Source of the DNA: an uncultured virus (IMG/VR IMGVR_UViG_3300013121_000021)
Lineage: Duplodnaviria > Heunggongvirae > Uroviricota > Caudoviricetes
Direction: 5' to 3' (one strand)
IMG/VR virus record: IMGVR_UViG_3300013121_000021
DNA: 64,000 bases
The notes under the pieces were generated by a model. It was not told where the DNA came from. It searched no databases and worked only from the letters and a program-made list of their open reading frames with translations. This document shows positions 11,930 through 21,526 of the stretch, piece after piece. The translations under genes and the position numbers were made by a program. The number at the start of each line of letters is the position of its first letter. The first letter of the stretch is position 1.

Positions 11930-12256
11930 CATTTATGTTCAATAAGGATCGCTACTCCTTATCCGGGATTTTACCCAGCTTATAGTTACCTATAAGATCA
12001 GACTATCTCTTTATCTATTAATAATTTATATATTTAATTATTTTTGGAACTATAAATATAATAAATAAATTTATTATAAGTTGAATTATTATATATCTTA
12101 ATAATAGATATTTCATATTTCCACTCGCTTGAGTGTACTTCCAAAAGGAATAGTCGTTACACTTATTTTTATTTGTAAATAAAAATAAGCTCGGTATTGT
12201 GTTATATAACAGTTTCACCGAATTAATAAAATTTTAGAAGAGCTATTATTATATTA
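11930..12256 (-). mobile_element. Group I intron (327 nt, no homing ORF) in terL
   Basis: Exon GAAGGGU pairs with IGS GCUCUUC (U-G wobble); core AAUUCGGU..AAUACCGAG, GUAACGACUA..GAGAUAGUC; terminal G; removal restores the frame. Confidence 0.9.
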
Positions 12257-12515
12257 ACCCTTCGAGAATCAAAATTTAATTCTCTAACTTGTTCTCTATA
12301 CCAATTATCATCATATATTTCAGACCAATGAAACTTAACTGAAACAAATCCATTAGTAGAAGGATCATTAATATAATGAAGATGATTATTAACCAATTTT
12401 TCTTCTTCATCATATATTTCATCTGAACCTACAGATTTATTCCACATATCATAAAAAAACTTCCCTGTTCCTTCTACCCCATTAGGGGTAGATGTCATTA
12501 AAAGAAGTGTTGGAT
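12257..12515 (-). CDS. terL: Terminase large subunit, exon 2
   Basis: Spliced reading KHG-Y-PTLLLMTSTPNG gives the terminase coupling motif (TSTPNG). Confidence 0.9.
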
Positions 12516-13803
12516 CAAATAAAAAATTTATAATTTCTTATAAAATTAGACTATATCTTAATTTTATTCTGAATATCTAAAATTTGTAAATTATTCTCTT
12601 TTAAAAATAATTCACTTTCATAATAAAATAATTTTTGACGTATGATTTTATTAATAGTGCTAATATCTTTATTATATTTTTCGGCTAATTCTTGTCTAGA
12701 ATATATTCCTGTTAAAATATCAGAAAATAATTGATTAATAAATTTATATTTACTTCCATGAAAATATAAAAATTCTATATAATAAAGTTCAACACCTAAT
12801 TCCTCACAAACAATATTACTTATTTCGGATTTAAATTTTCCTCTAACTAAATCATGGATACTTTGATATGAACATTCATATGTTAAAAGTATTTCTGTTT
12901 TATGAGTATAATTTAAAATATCAATAAATAACTGTTTAATTTCTTCATAATTGAATTTTGATTTTAAATTCAATTTAAATTTTAATTTACAATGATTTAA
13001 AAATCTATCTCTTAAACTTGATAATTTCAATTTCTTCTGTATTAAAATATAATCAACATCTCTTCTCCACAATATACCTTTTAAAATATAACGTATAGAA
13101 GTTTTTGAAATTGAATACTTTATTTCTAAATCATCAATAGAATTAAAATTTAATTTTTCAATATCATCAATAAAATTATTTAATTTTTCTTTAGATAATT
13201 TAGATGATGATATCATTTCACCATACGCCTGTCGATTCTTTTTAAGTTTATCTTTAATATTATCTAATGTTGTTCCTAATTGTAAATGAATAGGATTTAC
13301 ACAATTTGGTATATCACATTTATGCATGATAATATGATTTGTTGGGTCGATATTATATGCTAAATAATAAGATACTCTATGGGCACCAATTGATTGCCCA
13401 TTTAATGCAAATTTTCCATATCCATCTTTATCTAAAAACCCATCAAATAACCAACATTTATCATAATCTATATTACCATCTAAAGTTTTCGGGAATATAG
13501 TTTTAGATATAAAAGAATCTATTTGTACTTTATTAATATTTAGAAATTCAGACATAAAATTTCTCCCGTTTCGAATCAACATCAATGTTAACCCTACTCC
13601 CCTAAAGGGATAGTCGTTGAACGTTCTTCATATTAATATCTATATATTAATAGATAATAACTTAGAAGCTTCGCTGCTGATTGCCCAATTCTGTTAATTT
13701 TCAAACATTTAAGCCTATCTTTTCAGATTACTTTGTAGTTTAACAGACTCTAAGGGGTTTCCAGCAATTAGAGAGATTTTACATGAGCATCATTTTGACA
13801 CTT
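12516..13803 (-). mobile_element. Group I intron (1288 nt, IA-like) in terL carrying an HNH endonuclease
   Basis: Exon CAUGGGU pairs with IGS GCUCAUG; P/Q/R/S elements AAUUGCUGGAAA, AAUCAGCAG, GUUCAACGACUA, AAGAUAUAGUC; terminal G at 12516. Confidence 0.92.
12551..13555 (-). CDS. Intron-encoded HNH homing endonuclease with C-terminal HTH-like segments
   Basis: CW..GYG..AHRVSY..MHKCDIPNCVNPIHL..GT..DN motif; ATG at 13555 has a GGGAG RBS; stop codon lies inside the intron S element. Confidence 0.88.
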   Translation of the reverse strand: MSEFLNINKVQIDSFISKTIFPKTLDGNIDYDKCWLFDGFLDKDGYGKFALNGQSIGAHRVSYYLAYNIDPTNHIIMHKCDIPNCVNPIHLQLGTTLDNIKDKLKKNRQAYGEMISSSKLSKEKLNNFIDDIEKLNFNSIDDLEIKYSISKTSIRYILKGILWRRDVDYILIQKKLKLSSLRDRFLNHCKLKFKLNLKSKFNYEEIKQLFIDILNYTHKTEILLTYECSYQSIHDLVRGKFKSEISNIVCEELGVELYYIEFLYFHGSKYKFINQLFSDILTGIYSRQELAEKYNKDISTINKIIRQKLFYYESELFLKENNLQILDIQNKIKI

Positions 13804-15358
13804 ACCCATGTTTCTTAGCCTGTATCCGGGCTTTACTTAAAATAGGTTGAGCAGCACCATATGCAGAATGAATATGATTAATAAAAGCTGTTTCATCTAC
13901 ATATAATATTGGACTTGTTAATGAACGCGCTATTTGTTCAGGCCCGGATATTGAACTAGGATAAAATACATCAACCTTACTTCCATTTTCATATTCTAAA
14001 TAGGTTTTCCTATCAGCAAGTACTTTATTAGAAATACTTGGTTTAAGAAAATCTGGAAGCATTTCATGAATAAATTTAATCCTACTTAAATTTTCTAAAG
14101 CGGCAGATTTTTTCATATTGATAATAATTGCTCTATTTTTAGGAAAAAAATTAAGCATATATTCAATAATAACTGCCGCTATAGTACTATTATGTGTAGG
14201 AATATATTCTCCTACTAAAAACATTTTGTCTTCATTATCTACTTGAATACATTTAACTGGAATAGATTCTATTTTTTCAACACTTTTTATATAATGTTTA
14301 TTATACCGAGAACCTTTTAGTGATTTTTGCCGATCTCTTTTTATTTTAACTTTAAATACATCAAAATCTTTAGTTGAAAATGATAATCCATATTTTCTAG
14401 TATAAATATTTTTATTTCTACTTAATTTATTTTTTATACCTAATGAAGACAATAACTGTTTTACATCAAATAAAAATGTTAAATTTGAATGTTTTAATTC
14501 ACATCTACCAGATGCATCGCAATATCCAGATCCATCCATTATTCCTTGTAATAATTCAATTCTATTTTGAATAGAATTCATCGAATATTCAGTGGATATT
14601 CTATTTTGAAATAATCCACTATTCTTCAAAGTATTTTCAAAATTAAAAATAGTTATATGTTTTTCTGAATTATTTTTAAATATTGGTGAAATAACTGGTT
14701 TATAATTATATTGCGATATAAATTCACATATTTCATTAACTGAATTATTGGCAACTGATATTTCAGATGTGCCATAAGTATTTGAACTTAACCATAAACC
14801 ATAAATATATGGAGGTATAGTTAAATTATTATTTTCTATATATTCTATAGGTTTAGTAACTTTAATATATTTTTCTTGAATATCAAACAATTCTTTAGTA
14901 GTTACAATTGAATCATTGTCATTTATTTTCCATAAATGATCAGTATCTGCAATTATTGGATCTGCATAATCAAAATTAATTTTATAACAATCATGATTAT
15001 ACATTATCTCAGTTATAAATTTTACATTTGTAGGTTTTCCATCGGCTCCTATTATTATATCACCAATTTTTAATTCTTCAATAGTTGTATAACTACCATC
15101 AAATAATGGAACTAATGTATCTAAAGATAAAGCTTTCCCTAATTGTCGAGAAGCCATAAAAATAACTTTATCGAATTTAATAGCAGAACGTATTACTCTC
15201 TTCAATTTGAGATGCATATGTTCTGGGGCATATTTTAAACTTCCACCAATTTCAGGAATATAAACATAATTATAAATAAAATAGAATATATTATTTTTAC
15301 ATTTAATATATTCTATAGCTTTCTGCTCTGTTGTTAAATTCGAATATTCATTAAACAT
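13804..15358 (-). CDS. terL: Terminase large subunit, exon 1 (ATPase domain, contains an intein)
   Basis: Walker A SRQLGK[intein]ST, Walker B LYVDETAF. Exon lengths give a 908-aa spliced precursor and 593 aa after intein removal. Confidence 0.9.
14189..15133 (-). mobile_element. Class 3 intein (315 aa) with LAGLIDADG-like (DOD) domain
   Basis: Starts Ala (ALSLDT), ends THN before Ser; WCT signature DHLW / VKCIQV / IPTHN; ELLQGIMDGSG motif. Confidence 0.9.
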
Positions 15359-15362
15359 ATAA

Positions 15363-15713
15363 TTAAAAAGCTGTATTTTTTATTAATCTATATTTATTAT
15401 ATAAATATCCTGGTATTGTTTCTCTTTTACTAAAAAGAGCATCCCCTAATGTGGTATGCCCTGTAACTTGTCTCGCAGTATCGGTAACTCCTGTTGCAAG
15501 TGAATTTCCAGCAGAACCTAATGCATCAACCGCAGTTTGTAAAGGTCTCGGTAACATATCATTTTTTGCTGCTAAAATAGTCGCACCAAGAGCCGCACCA
15601 GCTAATATTTTTTTCTTATGTCTTTCAAGAAATGACTTATTTTCATCTGGTTTTATAGTAGAAAATGTATCTTCTGTTAAATTAATTAAACTATGTATTT
15701 CTTGTAATAACAT
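15363..15713 (-). CDS. Small leader-family protein (putative internal virion protein)
   Basis: Leader MLLQEIHSLINLTE, then RHKKKILAGAALGA. Confidence 0.75.
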   Translation of the reverse strand: MLLQEIHSLINLTEDTFSTIKPDENKSFLERHKKKILAGAALGATILAAKNDMLPRPLQTAVDALGSAGNSLATGVTDTARQVTGHTTLGDALFSKRETIPGYLYNKYRLIKNTAF

Positions 15714-15714
15714 A

Positions 15715-16017
15715 TTAATCTTTAATTGATCCTTTTATATCTTGAATATTTGGTATTTTAACTGGAGCATAATTAGTTCCAATATCCATCGCTTTTTTAG
15801 AAAGGGCTCTCAATCCTTGTCCAGCCATAGTCATATTAGAATTAAAAAATCTTTGTGCTCCTGCTCCAAGTATACCTTTATGTGCTAATGCTCCAGCACC
15901 TAATAAAGCAGCTCCACCTAATATTTTCCCTTTATGTCTATCCCAAAAAGTAGATCCATCATAATATTCTTCTTCAATCATAGTTATTAATGAATCAATA
16001 TTTTCTAATATTTTCAT
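15715..16017 (-). CDS. Small leader-family protein, paralog of 15363..15713
   Basis: Start at 16017 (AGGA RBS); MKILENIDSLITMIEEE, then RHKGKILGGAALLGAG. Confidence 0.75.
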   Translation of the reverse strand: MKILENIDSLITMIEEEYYDGSTFWDRHKGKILGGAALLGAGALAHKGILGAGAQRFFNSNMTMAGQGLRALSKKAMDIGTNYAPVKIPNIQDIKGSIKD

Positions 16018-16034
16018 ATTTTTTCCTATAATCA

Positions 16035-16277
16035 TTAAATAGGAGACCATCTCCTAACACAATCTATAACTTTTATTATTTGTCTTAATTTAATTAATGT
16101 TTCAACTCTTTGCATTTCATTTTTAATAAATTTTAATTGTTTTAAATCATCTAATAATTCATTAAATTCATCTTCAGTTATTTTTTTATTAATTAATTTA
16201 AGACGCAATTCTTTAGTTTTTGTTACAAAATCTTTTACTGTAGGATCATTAATTTGTAATAGATCCTGAAAATTCAT
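16035..16277 (-). CDS. Hypothetical protein (80 aa)
   Basis: ATG at 16277 with AGGAG RBS, overlapping the upstream stop. Confidence 0.7.
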   Translation of the reverse strand: MNFQDLLQINDPTVKDFVTKTKELRLKLINKKITEDEFNELLDDLKQLKFIKNEMQRVETLIKLRQIIKVIDCVRRWSPI

Positions 16278-16645
16278 AATTGTTCTCCTAATGTAGATAA
16301 AATCAAAGTTGTTGCCTCCGATATATTTTCTACTTTTTGTAAGCAATATTCTTGACTAAAAGAATTTCGAAAATATATTTTATCTACAATTTGTTTTAAT
16401 GAAATTGTTGATTCATATATTTGTGGCCTTTCAATTCTATATTTTGAATATATTATTTGATGTGATAATATATTTCTAATATCTGAAATTATAGGTAAAA
16501 TTTTTCTATAATCTGAACATTTATATTTATTAGAATCAATTAATTTTTTAATAGTTACATATTTATCATATTCAATATTATCAAATTTTAAATTAACACA
16601 AGAAGAAAATATACACAATAACAATATACAAATTTTATTTTTCAT
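16274..16645 (-). CDS. Putative lipoprotein next to the endolysin
   Basis: MKNK plus a hydrophobic stretch and lipobox-like FSSC. Confidence 0.6.
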   Translation of the reverse strand: MKNKICILLLCIFSSCVNLKFDNIEYDKYVTIKKLIDSNKYKCSDYRKILPIISDIRNILSHQIIYSKYRIERPQIYESTISLKQIVDKIYFRNSFSQEYCLQKVENISEATTLILSTLGEQL

Positions 16646-17129
16646 TTGCAGCTAGACGAAGATTTGAAATTATTCTTCTTGTCCATCCTTTACCAAATGT
16701 TTTCCAAGTTCTTAATTCTGTAAGGTATTCTAAACGATGGGCATTAAATAATAATACTAATTTTGATATATCTGAGTTTAAAATAATTTGTTTAGTTTTA
16801 TCGTCAAATTTTGAATTAGGAGGTAATTTTAAAATTATATTTAACCATTGAACGGCACGATCTTGTCCACTATTAACAGCAACATCAAATAATTGAAAAG
16901 CTAGACTAAAAGGAATTTCATCAAATTTTGGATTCCAATATTTTTTTCTATATATTTGCTTTGCAAAATCAATAGGCATATTTTTCATATTTCCGGTATA
17001 ACCTTCAGCTCTAGCAACAGTTTTAGTTATACCAAAATTAGTTTCTCCTCCTGGATCTTTTGGATTATTTACATAACCTCCTTCATGCTCCATCAATTTA
17101 GCAAAAGCTTGCTCAAAATTCGTCATCAT
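16635..17129 (-). CDS. Endolysin, glycoside hydrolase family 108 with peptidoglycan-binding C-terminus
   Basis: EGGYVNNPKDPGGETNFGIT, FDVAVNSG and FGKGWTRR motifs; start probably 17129 or 17126. Confidence 0.9.
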   Translation of the reverse strand: MMTNFEQAFAKLMEHEGGYVNNPKDPGGETNFGITKTVARAEGYTGNMKNMPIDFAKQIYRKKYWNPKFDEIPFSLAFQLFDVAVNSGQDRAVQWLNIILKLPPNSKFDDKTKQIILNSDISKLVLLFNAHRLEYLTELRTWKTFGKGWTRRIISNLRLAANEK

Positions 17130-17595
17130 TATCGTCATCTTGTCCACAACATGATTCAGATTCTTCATCGGAATCAATTGTTTCGATATCTACAAATTCA
17201 TCATTTTCTAAATTATAATATATATTTATTGCTTGATTATCTTCTAATAATTCACCACATTCAAAAGTAAAAGCTATAATATTTTCACTATCATCTGTTG
17301 ATGAAATACCTTTAAGATCAATACAATTTAATATTTCAGATGGATCTATCTCTTCTTCTAAATTTTCTATAATATATTCACAGATTTTTTGTTTAAAACT
17401 GTCATAATCTTCAGCAATCCCTAAAGCTATTTCTTCAAGTTGATTTGTAGATTCATCATCTATATTATCTGGATTACCATGATTTGCAATATATAAAACC
17501 CCATCATTATTTGGGAATTCAATTGTTTTTCCAAAAGTTCCAGTTTTTTCTTCTACTGAAATAAATTCATTCTCATTAATAAATTGAATATTCAT
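17113..17595 (-). CDS. Highly acidic hypothetical protein
   Basis: 160-aa ORF, D/E-rich throughout, AAGG RBS. Confidence 0.75.
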   Translation of the reverse strand: MNIQFINENEFISVEEKTGTFGKTIEFPNNDGVLYIANHGNPDNIDDESTNQLEEIALGIAEDYDSFKQKICEYIIENLEEEIDPSEILNCIDLKGISSTDDSENIIAFTFECGELLEDNQAINIYYNLENDEFVDIETIDSDEESESCCGQDDDNDDEF

Positions 17596-17603
17596 TATGT
17601 ACC

Positions 17604-17906
17604 TTAATTATAAATATTTTTTGCTCCGCGAATACCTTTTATTGTAGCAATAGTTTTTAAATTTTTAAGCGTACTTGGAGCTTGAGCTACTACTGGGGCT
17701 TTTATAAGTCCTGGTAATTGACTAGCTGCTAATCCATGTATGCTTTGACCCACTCCTTTAATAGGATTAACCACCATATTTTTTACATATGTCGCTGGCA
17801 TTGCCAAAGCTGCTGCGCCCGCACCTAGACCAGCACCTAGACCAAGAGCAGTATTTCTTAACATATTTGCTTCTTCTATTAAATTACTTATTTCATTTAT
17901 AATCAT
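17604..17906 (-). CDS. Small leader-family protein
   Basis: MIINEISNLIEE, then LGLGAGLGAGAAALA. Confidence 0.75.
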   Translation of the reverse strand: MIINEISNLIEEANMLRNTALGLGAGLGAGAAALAMPATYVKNMVVNPIKGVGQSIHGLAASQLPGLIKAPVVAQAPSTLKNLKTIATIKGIRGAKNIYN

Positions 17907-17907
17907 A

Positions 17908-18138
17908 TTATATTGGATCTAAATTTGGTGAATAAGGATTTTTCTTAATTGCTTTTGAAAAACCATAAGCACTAGTTGCAGCACCTAATAATTTCATTTG
18001 TTCAGCACCAATAGATCTACCAATTCCCATTTGATGTAATTTTCCTCCTAACATATGGCCACCAACTAGTGCTCCAACGGCTCCTATTCTATCAGCTATA
18101 TCTTCATTCAATAAAGATTTAATATCATCTAATATCAT
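17908..18138 (-). CDS. Small leader-family protein
   Basis: Start at 18138 (ATGA overlap); MILDDIKSLLNE, then IGAVGALVGG. Confidence 0.72.
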   Translation of the reverse strand: MILDDIKSLLNEDIADRIGAVGALVGGHMLGGKLHQMGIGRSIGAEQMKLLGAATSAYGFSKAIKKNPYSPNLDPI

Positions 18139-18614
18139 CTTAACTTCCGATATATCCAAGGAGTTTGATGCAATCCAGATTCTGCCCAAATTCCTAATTT
18201 ATTATCTTTTGCCATTATTTCTTGTTCATAATACTTATTATTTATTAATGGACAATATTGATCATAAACTGCTGCATATCCATTAGAAATTAATTTTAAA
18301 TTAATATTAGAATTATCATTAAGATCATATAATTCTGCAATAAATCTTCCATATATATCTATACCTAATATATCAACTTTAATATTTTTTTTAAAATAAT
18401 TTATCCATTCATAATAAGCTAATCGATTATATGGGGTTTGTTTTTTCTCTGGAGCATCAATACAATATAATCGTATTTTTCGTAAAAAAGGTTCATCTAT
18501 ACAGATAACTGTTATTGTATCCCCATCTATAATTCTTGTTATATTACATTCTTTTATTTCATCTGCATATATTTTACTAGAAAACAATACTAGTAAAAAT
18601 ATTATAATATTCAT
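18135..18614 (-). CDS. Thermonuclease (SNase-like) with N-terminal signal/TM segment
   Basis: IIDGDTI, IRLYCIDAPE, DIYGR and GIW motifs. Confidence 0.9.
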   Translation of the reverse strand: MNIIIFLLVLFSSKIYADEIKECNITRIIDGDTITVICIDEPFLRKIRLYCIDAPEKKQTPYNRLAYYEWINYFKKNIKVDILGIDIYGRFIAELYDLNDNSNINLKLISNGYAAVYDQYCPLINNKYYEQEIMAKDNKLGIWAESGLHQTPWIYRKLR

Positions 18615-18976
18615 TTTTTGTGATTCATTCGCTTATCATTAATAAATTTATCATTAGCAATTGTTTTACCAATTGTCCCGCCAATTGCAGCTCCACCTAT
18701 TGCACCAAGATATGGATGACCAACAGCACTTCCAAGAATACTTCCTATGATTGCGGTTGGTACTCCAAACATCATTGATTTTTTACTTCGATTTTTAATT
18801 AATTCATCTGCCTCATCTGGGGTAACAGATATATCATGTTTTTTTAATTCTTTTCTAACATAATGGTTTAATACATTTGAACTACTTTCACCACCAAGAT
18901 ATCCTAATATTCCAGATTTTGCAGCATCAACTGCAGTTGATTCATTTATTAAATTTTCAACTTCTTCTAAGATCAT
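18611..18976 (-). CDS. Small leader-family protein with glycine zipper
   Basis: MILEEVENLINE; GSILGSAVG..GAIGGAAIGGTIG. Confidence 0.75.
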   Translation of the reverse strand: MILEEVENLINESTAVDAAKSGILGYLGGESSSNVLNHYVRKELKKHDISVTPDEADELIKNRSKKSMMFGVPTAIIGSILGSAVGHPYLGAIGGAAIGGTIGKTIANDKFINDKRMNHKK

Positions 18977-18979
18977 TTT

Positions 18980-21523
18980 TTAATCCGTAATATAATAAAT
19001 AGAAATATTATTTATATCCCACCAGAATAAAGTAGGGCAATATTTTAATATTTGGTCTTTTGTCATTCGATCAATTAAATCATCTTGACTACTAATAACT
19101 AAATTACCATTTGGAATATATTGGCCTAAAATATTATTATTTGCGTCTCTATATCCAGTTTTATCTGTTATAAAAACATCTGCACCTTTAACGCTTGGAA
19201 AATTATGAATTATATCATCAATTGTAGATTTATAAAAGTAAAAATCAGGTCCAGTTTTTTCACTATTTAAAAATTTAGAAATCTCATATTTAATCTTTTC
19301 AACTTCAATTACAATATCTAATTTATTTAATAAAATATAAGATTTAATAAAAGTAAGATTTATAAATACTTTTAACGGCAAATATAGATCAAAATCATAT
19401 TGAGGTGTAAGAGGACATAATACTTTTAAATAATCTTTTGAAATATAATTAGAATTTAAAAATCGTATTTGAGGATCATCTGTAATTAATCTAACATTAT
19501 TTATGTTTAGACCTTTTAATCTTGTATATAATGTATTAACAATATAATCTTTATTATCATCATATTGTTCTTTATCTATTAGCGGTACAGACATTAATAA
19601 ATGTTCTGTTTCTGCTCTTTCATTTTTATATATTATAGTTTTAAGTCTTAAAATATCTTCAAGATTTAATAAATATTGAACATTTTCAAATTTAAGATCT
19701 AAAATATTTACTAATATATCTTTTAATACAAATGGTTCATTTTCAGTAGTATATGAAATCATATCATATACATTAACCGTAGCTGTAAAAACTTCTGAAG
19801 TTAAACCAGTATGTATATAATATGTCGATATACTACTACCTTCTTCAAATGTCATTATTTCATCATATATTCCTAAATTTGATATTGTTAATTTAAATAT
19901 ATAATTAGAAATATCAGATGTCGATTTAATAGAAAAAATAGTATGACAGACAGATTCTGTATCACTAATATTTTCCATTTCTAATTTAATTTCTAAATAA
20001 ATTAAAGGTAGAACCTTATTATATGATGAAATTCTATATAAAGTTGATCCTATAGATGTAGCTAATAATTTATAAATATCATTTTCAATTATTGATGTAT
20101 AATATTGTGAATAATTATGTTTTAATAATAATGCTGAAAATGAGCTTATATTTTTAACTTTTTTGAAAATAAATGGACAAATTAATTGCCTATTATCATC
20201 AATAATTATAGGATTAACTATATATGTTTCTAAAACATTATATTCATTTCTAATAATATATGATGGATTTAAATTAGAAGTAAATTCATCATATGAAATA
20301 ACTTTAGTATTAGTATAAATAGGATTAAGATATTTATCAAGTATATCTATATAAATATAAATTATATTTTCATGTAATGTTGATTTTTTAAACATTACTG
20401 TGTAATATTCAAATATCTTACCTACTATTTGTCTATAATCAGTTTCTGAAATTAAATTATCTCTATTTTGAACATATTCAATTAATGAATCTCTTAATTT
20501 TTCTTGTTTTAGTATATTTCGTCCACCAGATCCATTAATTATTTCTAATCCAATAAAATCTCTAGAATTTAATCTAATTTCATTCATATCAATATTTGAA
20601 TAATAATCAAATATTGTAACATCATTTGAAATTTCAGTTTTTATATTATGAATACCTATATTTCCTTTTTCACCATAAGTAGTTTTTACTATTATAGTTA
20701 TTGTAGAACGAGGAATATATTTACCATGAACTCCAGATCCTAATTCGATTAATAATGTTTTCCCTTGTTCGGTTTCATATATTCTATAAAATACATGGGT
20801 ATCATTTGATTCTGAAAAATTTTTAATATTTTTAATTTCAAAATCTTGTTCATAGTCATTACCAACTTCTTGTACCCTTACATTAATAGAGCACACATCT
20901 TGAACATCAGGAATCTTAATCTTAATAGGATAAAAAGAATTAAATTTATATAATGGAACTGAAAATATTTCTGTAAATTGTTTATATTGATTAAAATCTA
21001 TTATTGCTGCATATGCATTACTATAAGTAACAGGAAAATTAGTTTTTTCTCCATTACTATTTGTAACTTGTATAAACCAATTCATTATTGAATTAGTTTT
21101 TGTCATAATTATAACATATTTTGAATCCATTACATACTGCATACCATTTATATTAAAAGATGCAGAATTTAAATGGATTTCTCGTTTTATAATATTTACC
21201 GTCGGTAATAATAATGCATCCAAATTAAATTTAATTGATCCATTTAACGTAGCTGGAACTGCTAAGTCATAATTAAACCCAAACAATGTAGAATGTTCAA
21301 TTAAATTTGCATTATCGATTGCACTTACTGGAAAAGCTTCATTGAATAAATAATTATAATATTGTTTAATATCATATTGAAGATTTCCCATTAAATTTAA
21401 CATATAACCAATTAATCCAACTTTTGAAATCTGTAAATCTACAGAATTTAAGTCTAATTTTAATTGATTATAATAATGTTTTATAAATTCTTCTGGTGTA
21501 CTTAATTCGTTTAAATTTTGCAT
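18980..21523 (-). CDS. Baseplate wedge protein (T4 gp6-like)
   Basis: N-terminal EAFPVSA..NLIEHSTLFG, then IELGSGVHGK, TTYGEKGN, GG and NLISETDY, a pattern typical of gp6/baseplate J proteins. Confidence 0.7.
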   Translation of the reverse strand: MQNLNELSTPEEFIKHYYNQLKLDLNSVDLQISKVGLIGYMLNLMGNLQYDIKQYYNYLFNEAFPVSAIDNANLIEHSTLFGFNYDLAVPATLNGSIKFNLDALLLPTVNIIKREIHLNSASFNINGMQYVMDSKYVIIMTKTNSIMNWFIQVTNSNGEKTNFPVTYSNAYAAIIDFNQYKQFTEIFSVPLYKFNSFYPIKIKIPDVQDVCSINVRVQEVGNDYEQDFEIKNIKNFSESNDTHVFYRIYETEQGKTLLIELGSGVHGKYIPRSTITIIVKTTYGEKGNIGIHNIKTEISNDVTIFDYYSNIDMNEIRLNSRDFIGLEIINGSGGRNILKQEKLRDSLIEYVQNRDNLISETDYRQIVGKIFEYYTVMFKKSTLHENIIYIYIDILDKYLNPIYTNTKVISYDEFTSNLNPSYIIRNEYNVLETYIVNPIIIDDNRQLICPFIFKKVKNISSFSALLLKHNYSQYYTSIIENDIYKLLATSIGSTLYRISSYNKVLPLIYLEIKLEMENISDTESVCHTIFSIKSTSDISNYIFKLTISNLGIYDEIMTFEEGSSISTYYIHTGLTSEVFTATVNVYDMISYTTENEPFVLKDILVNILDLKFENVQYLLNLEDILRLKTIIYKNERAETEHLLMSVPLIDKEQYDDNKDYIVNTLYTRLKGLNINNVRLITDDPQIRFLNSNYISKDYLKVLCPLTPQYDFDLYLPLKVFINLTFIKSYILLNKLDIVIEVEKIKYEISKFLNSEKTGPDFYFYKSTIDDIIHNFPSVKGADVFITDKTGYRDANNNILGQYIPNGNLVISSQDDLIDRMTKDQILKYCPTLFWWDINNISIYYITD

Positions 21524-21526
21524 ATC

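Noticed and set aside
12018..12218. 66-aa ORF inside the second terL intron
   Set aside because: Overlaps the ribozyme core, is low-complexity and has no nuclease motif.
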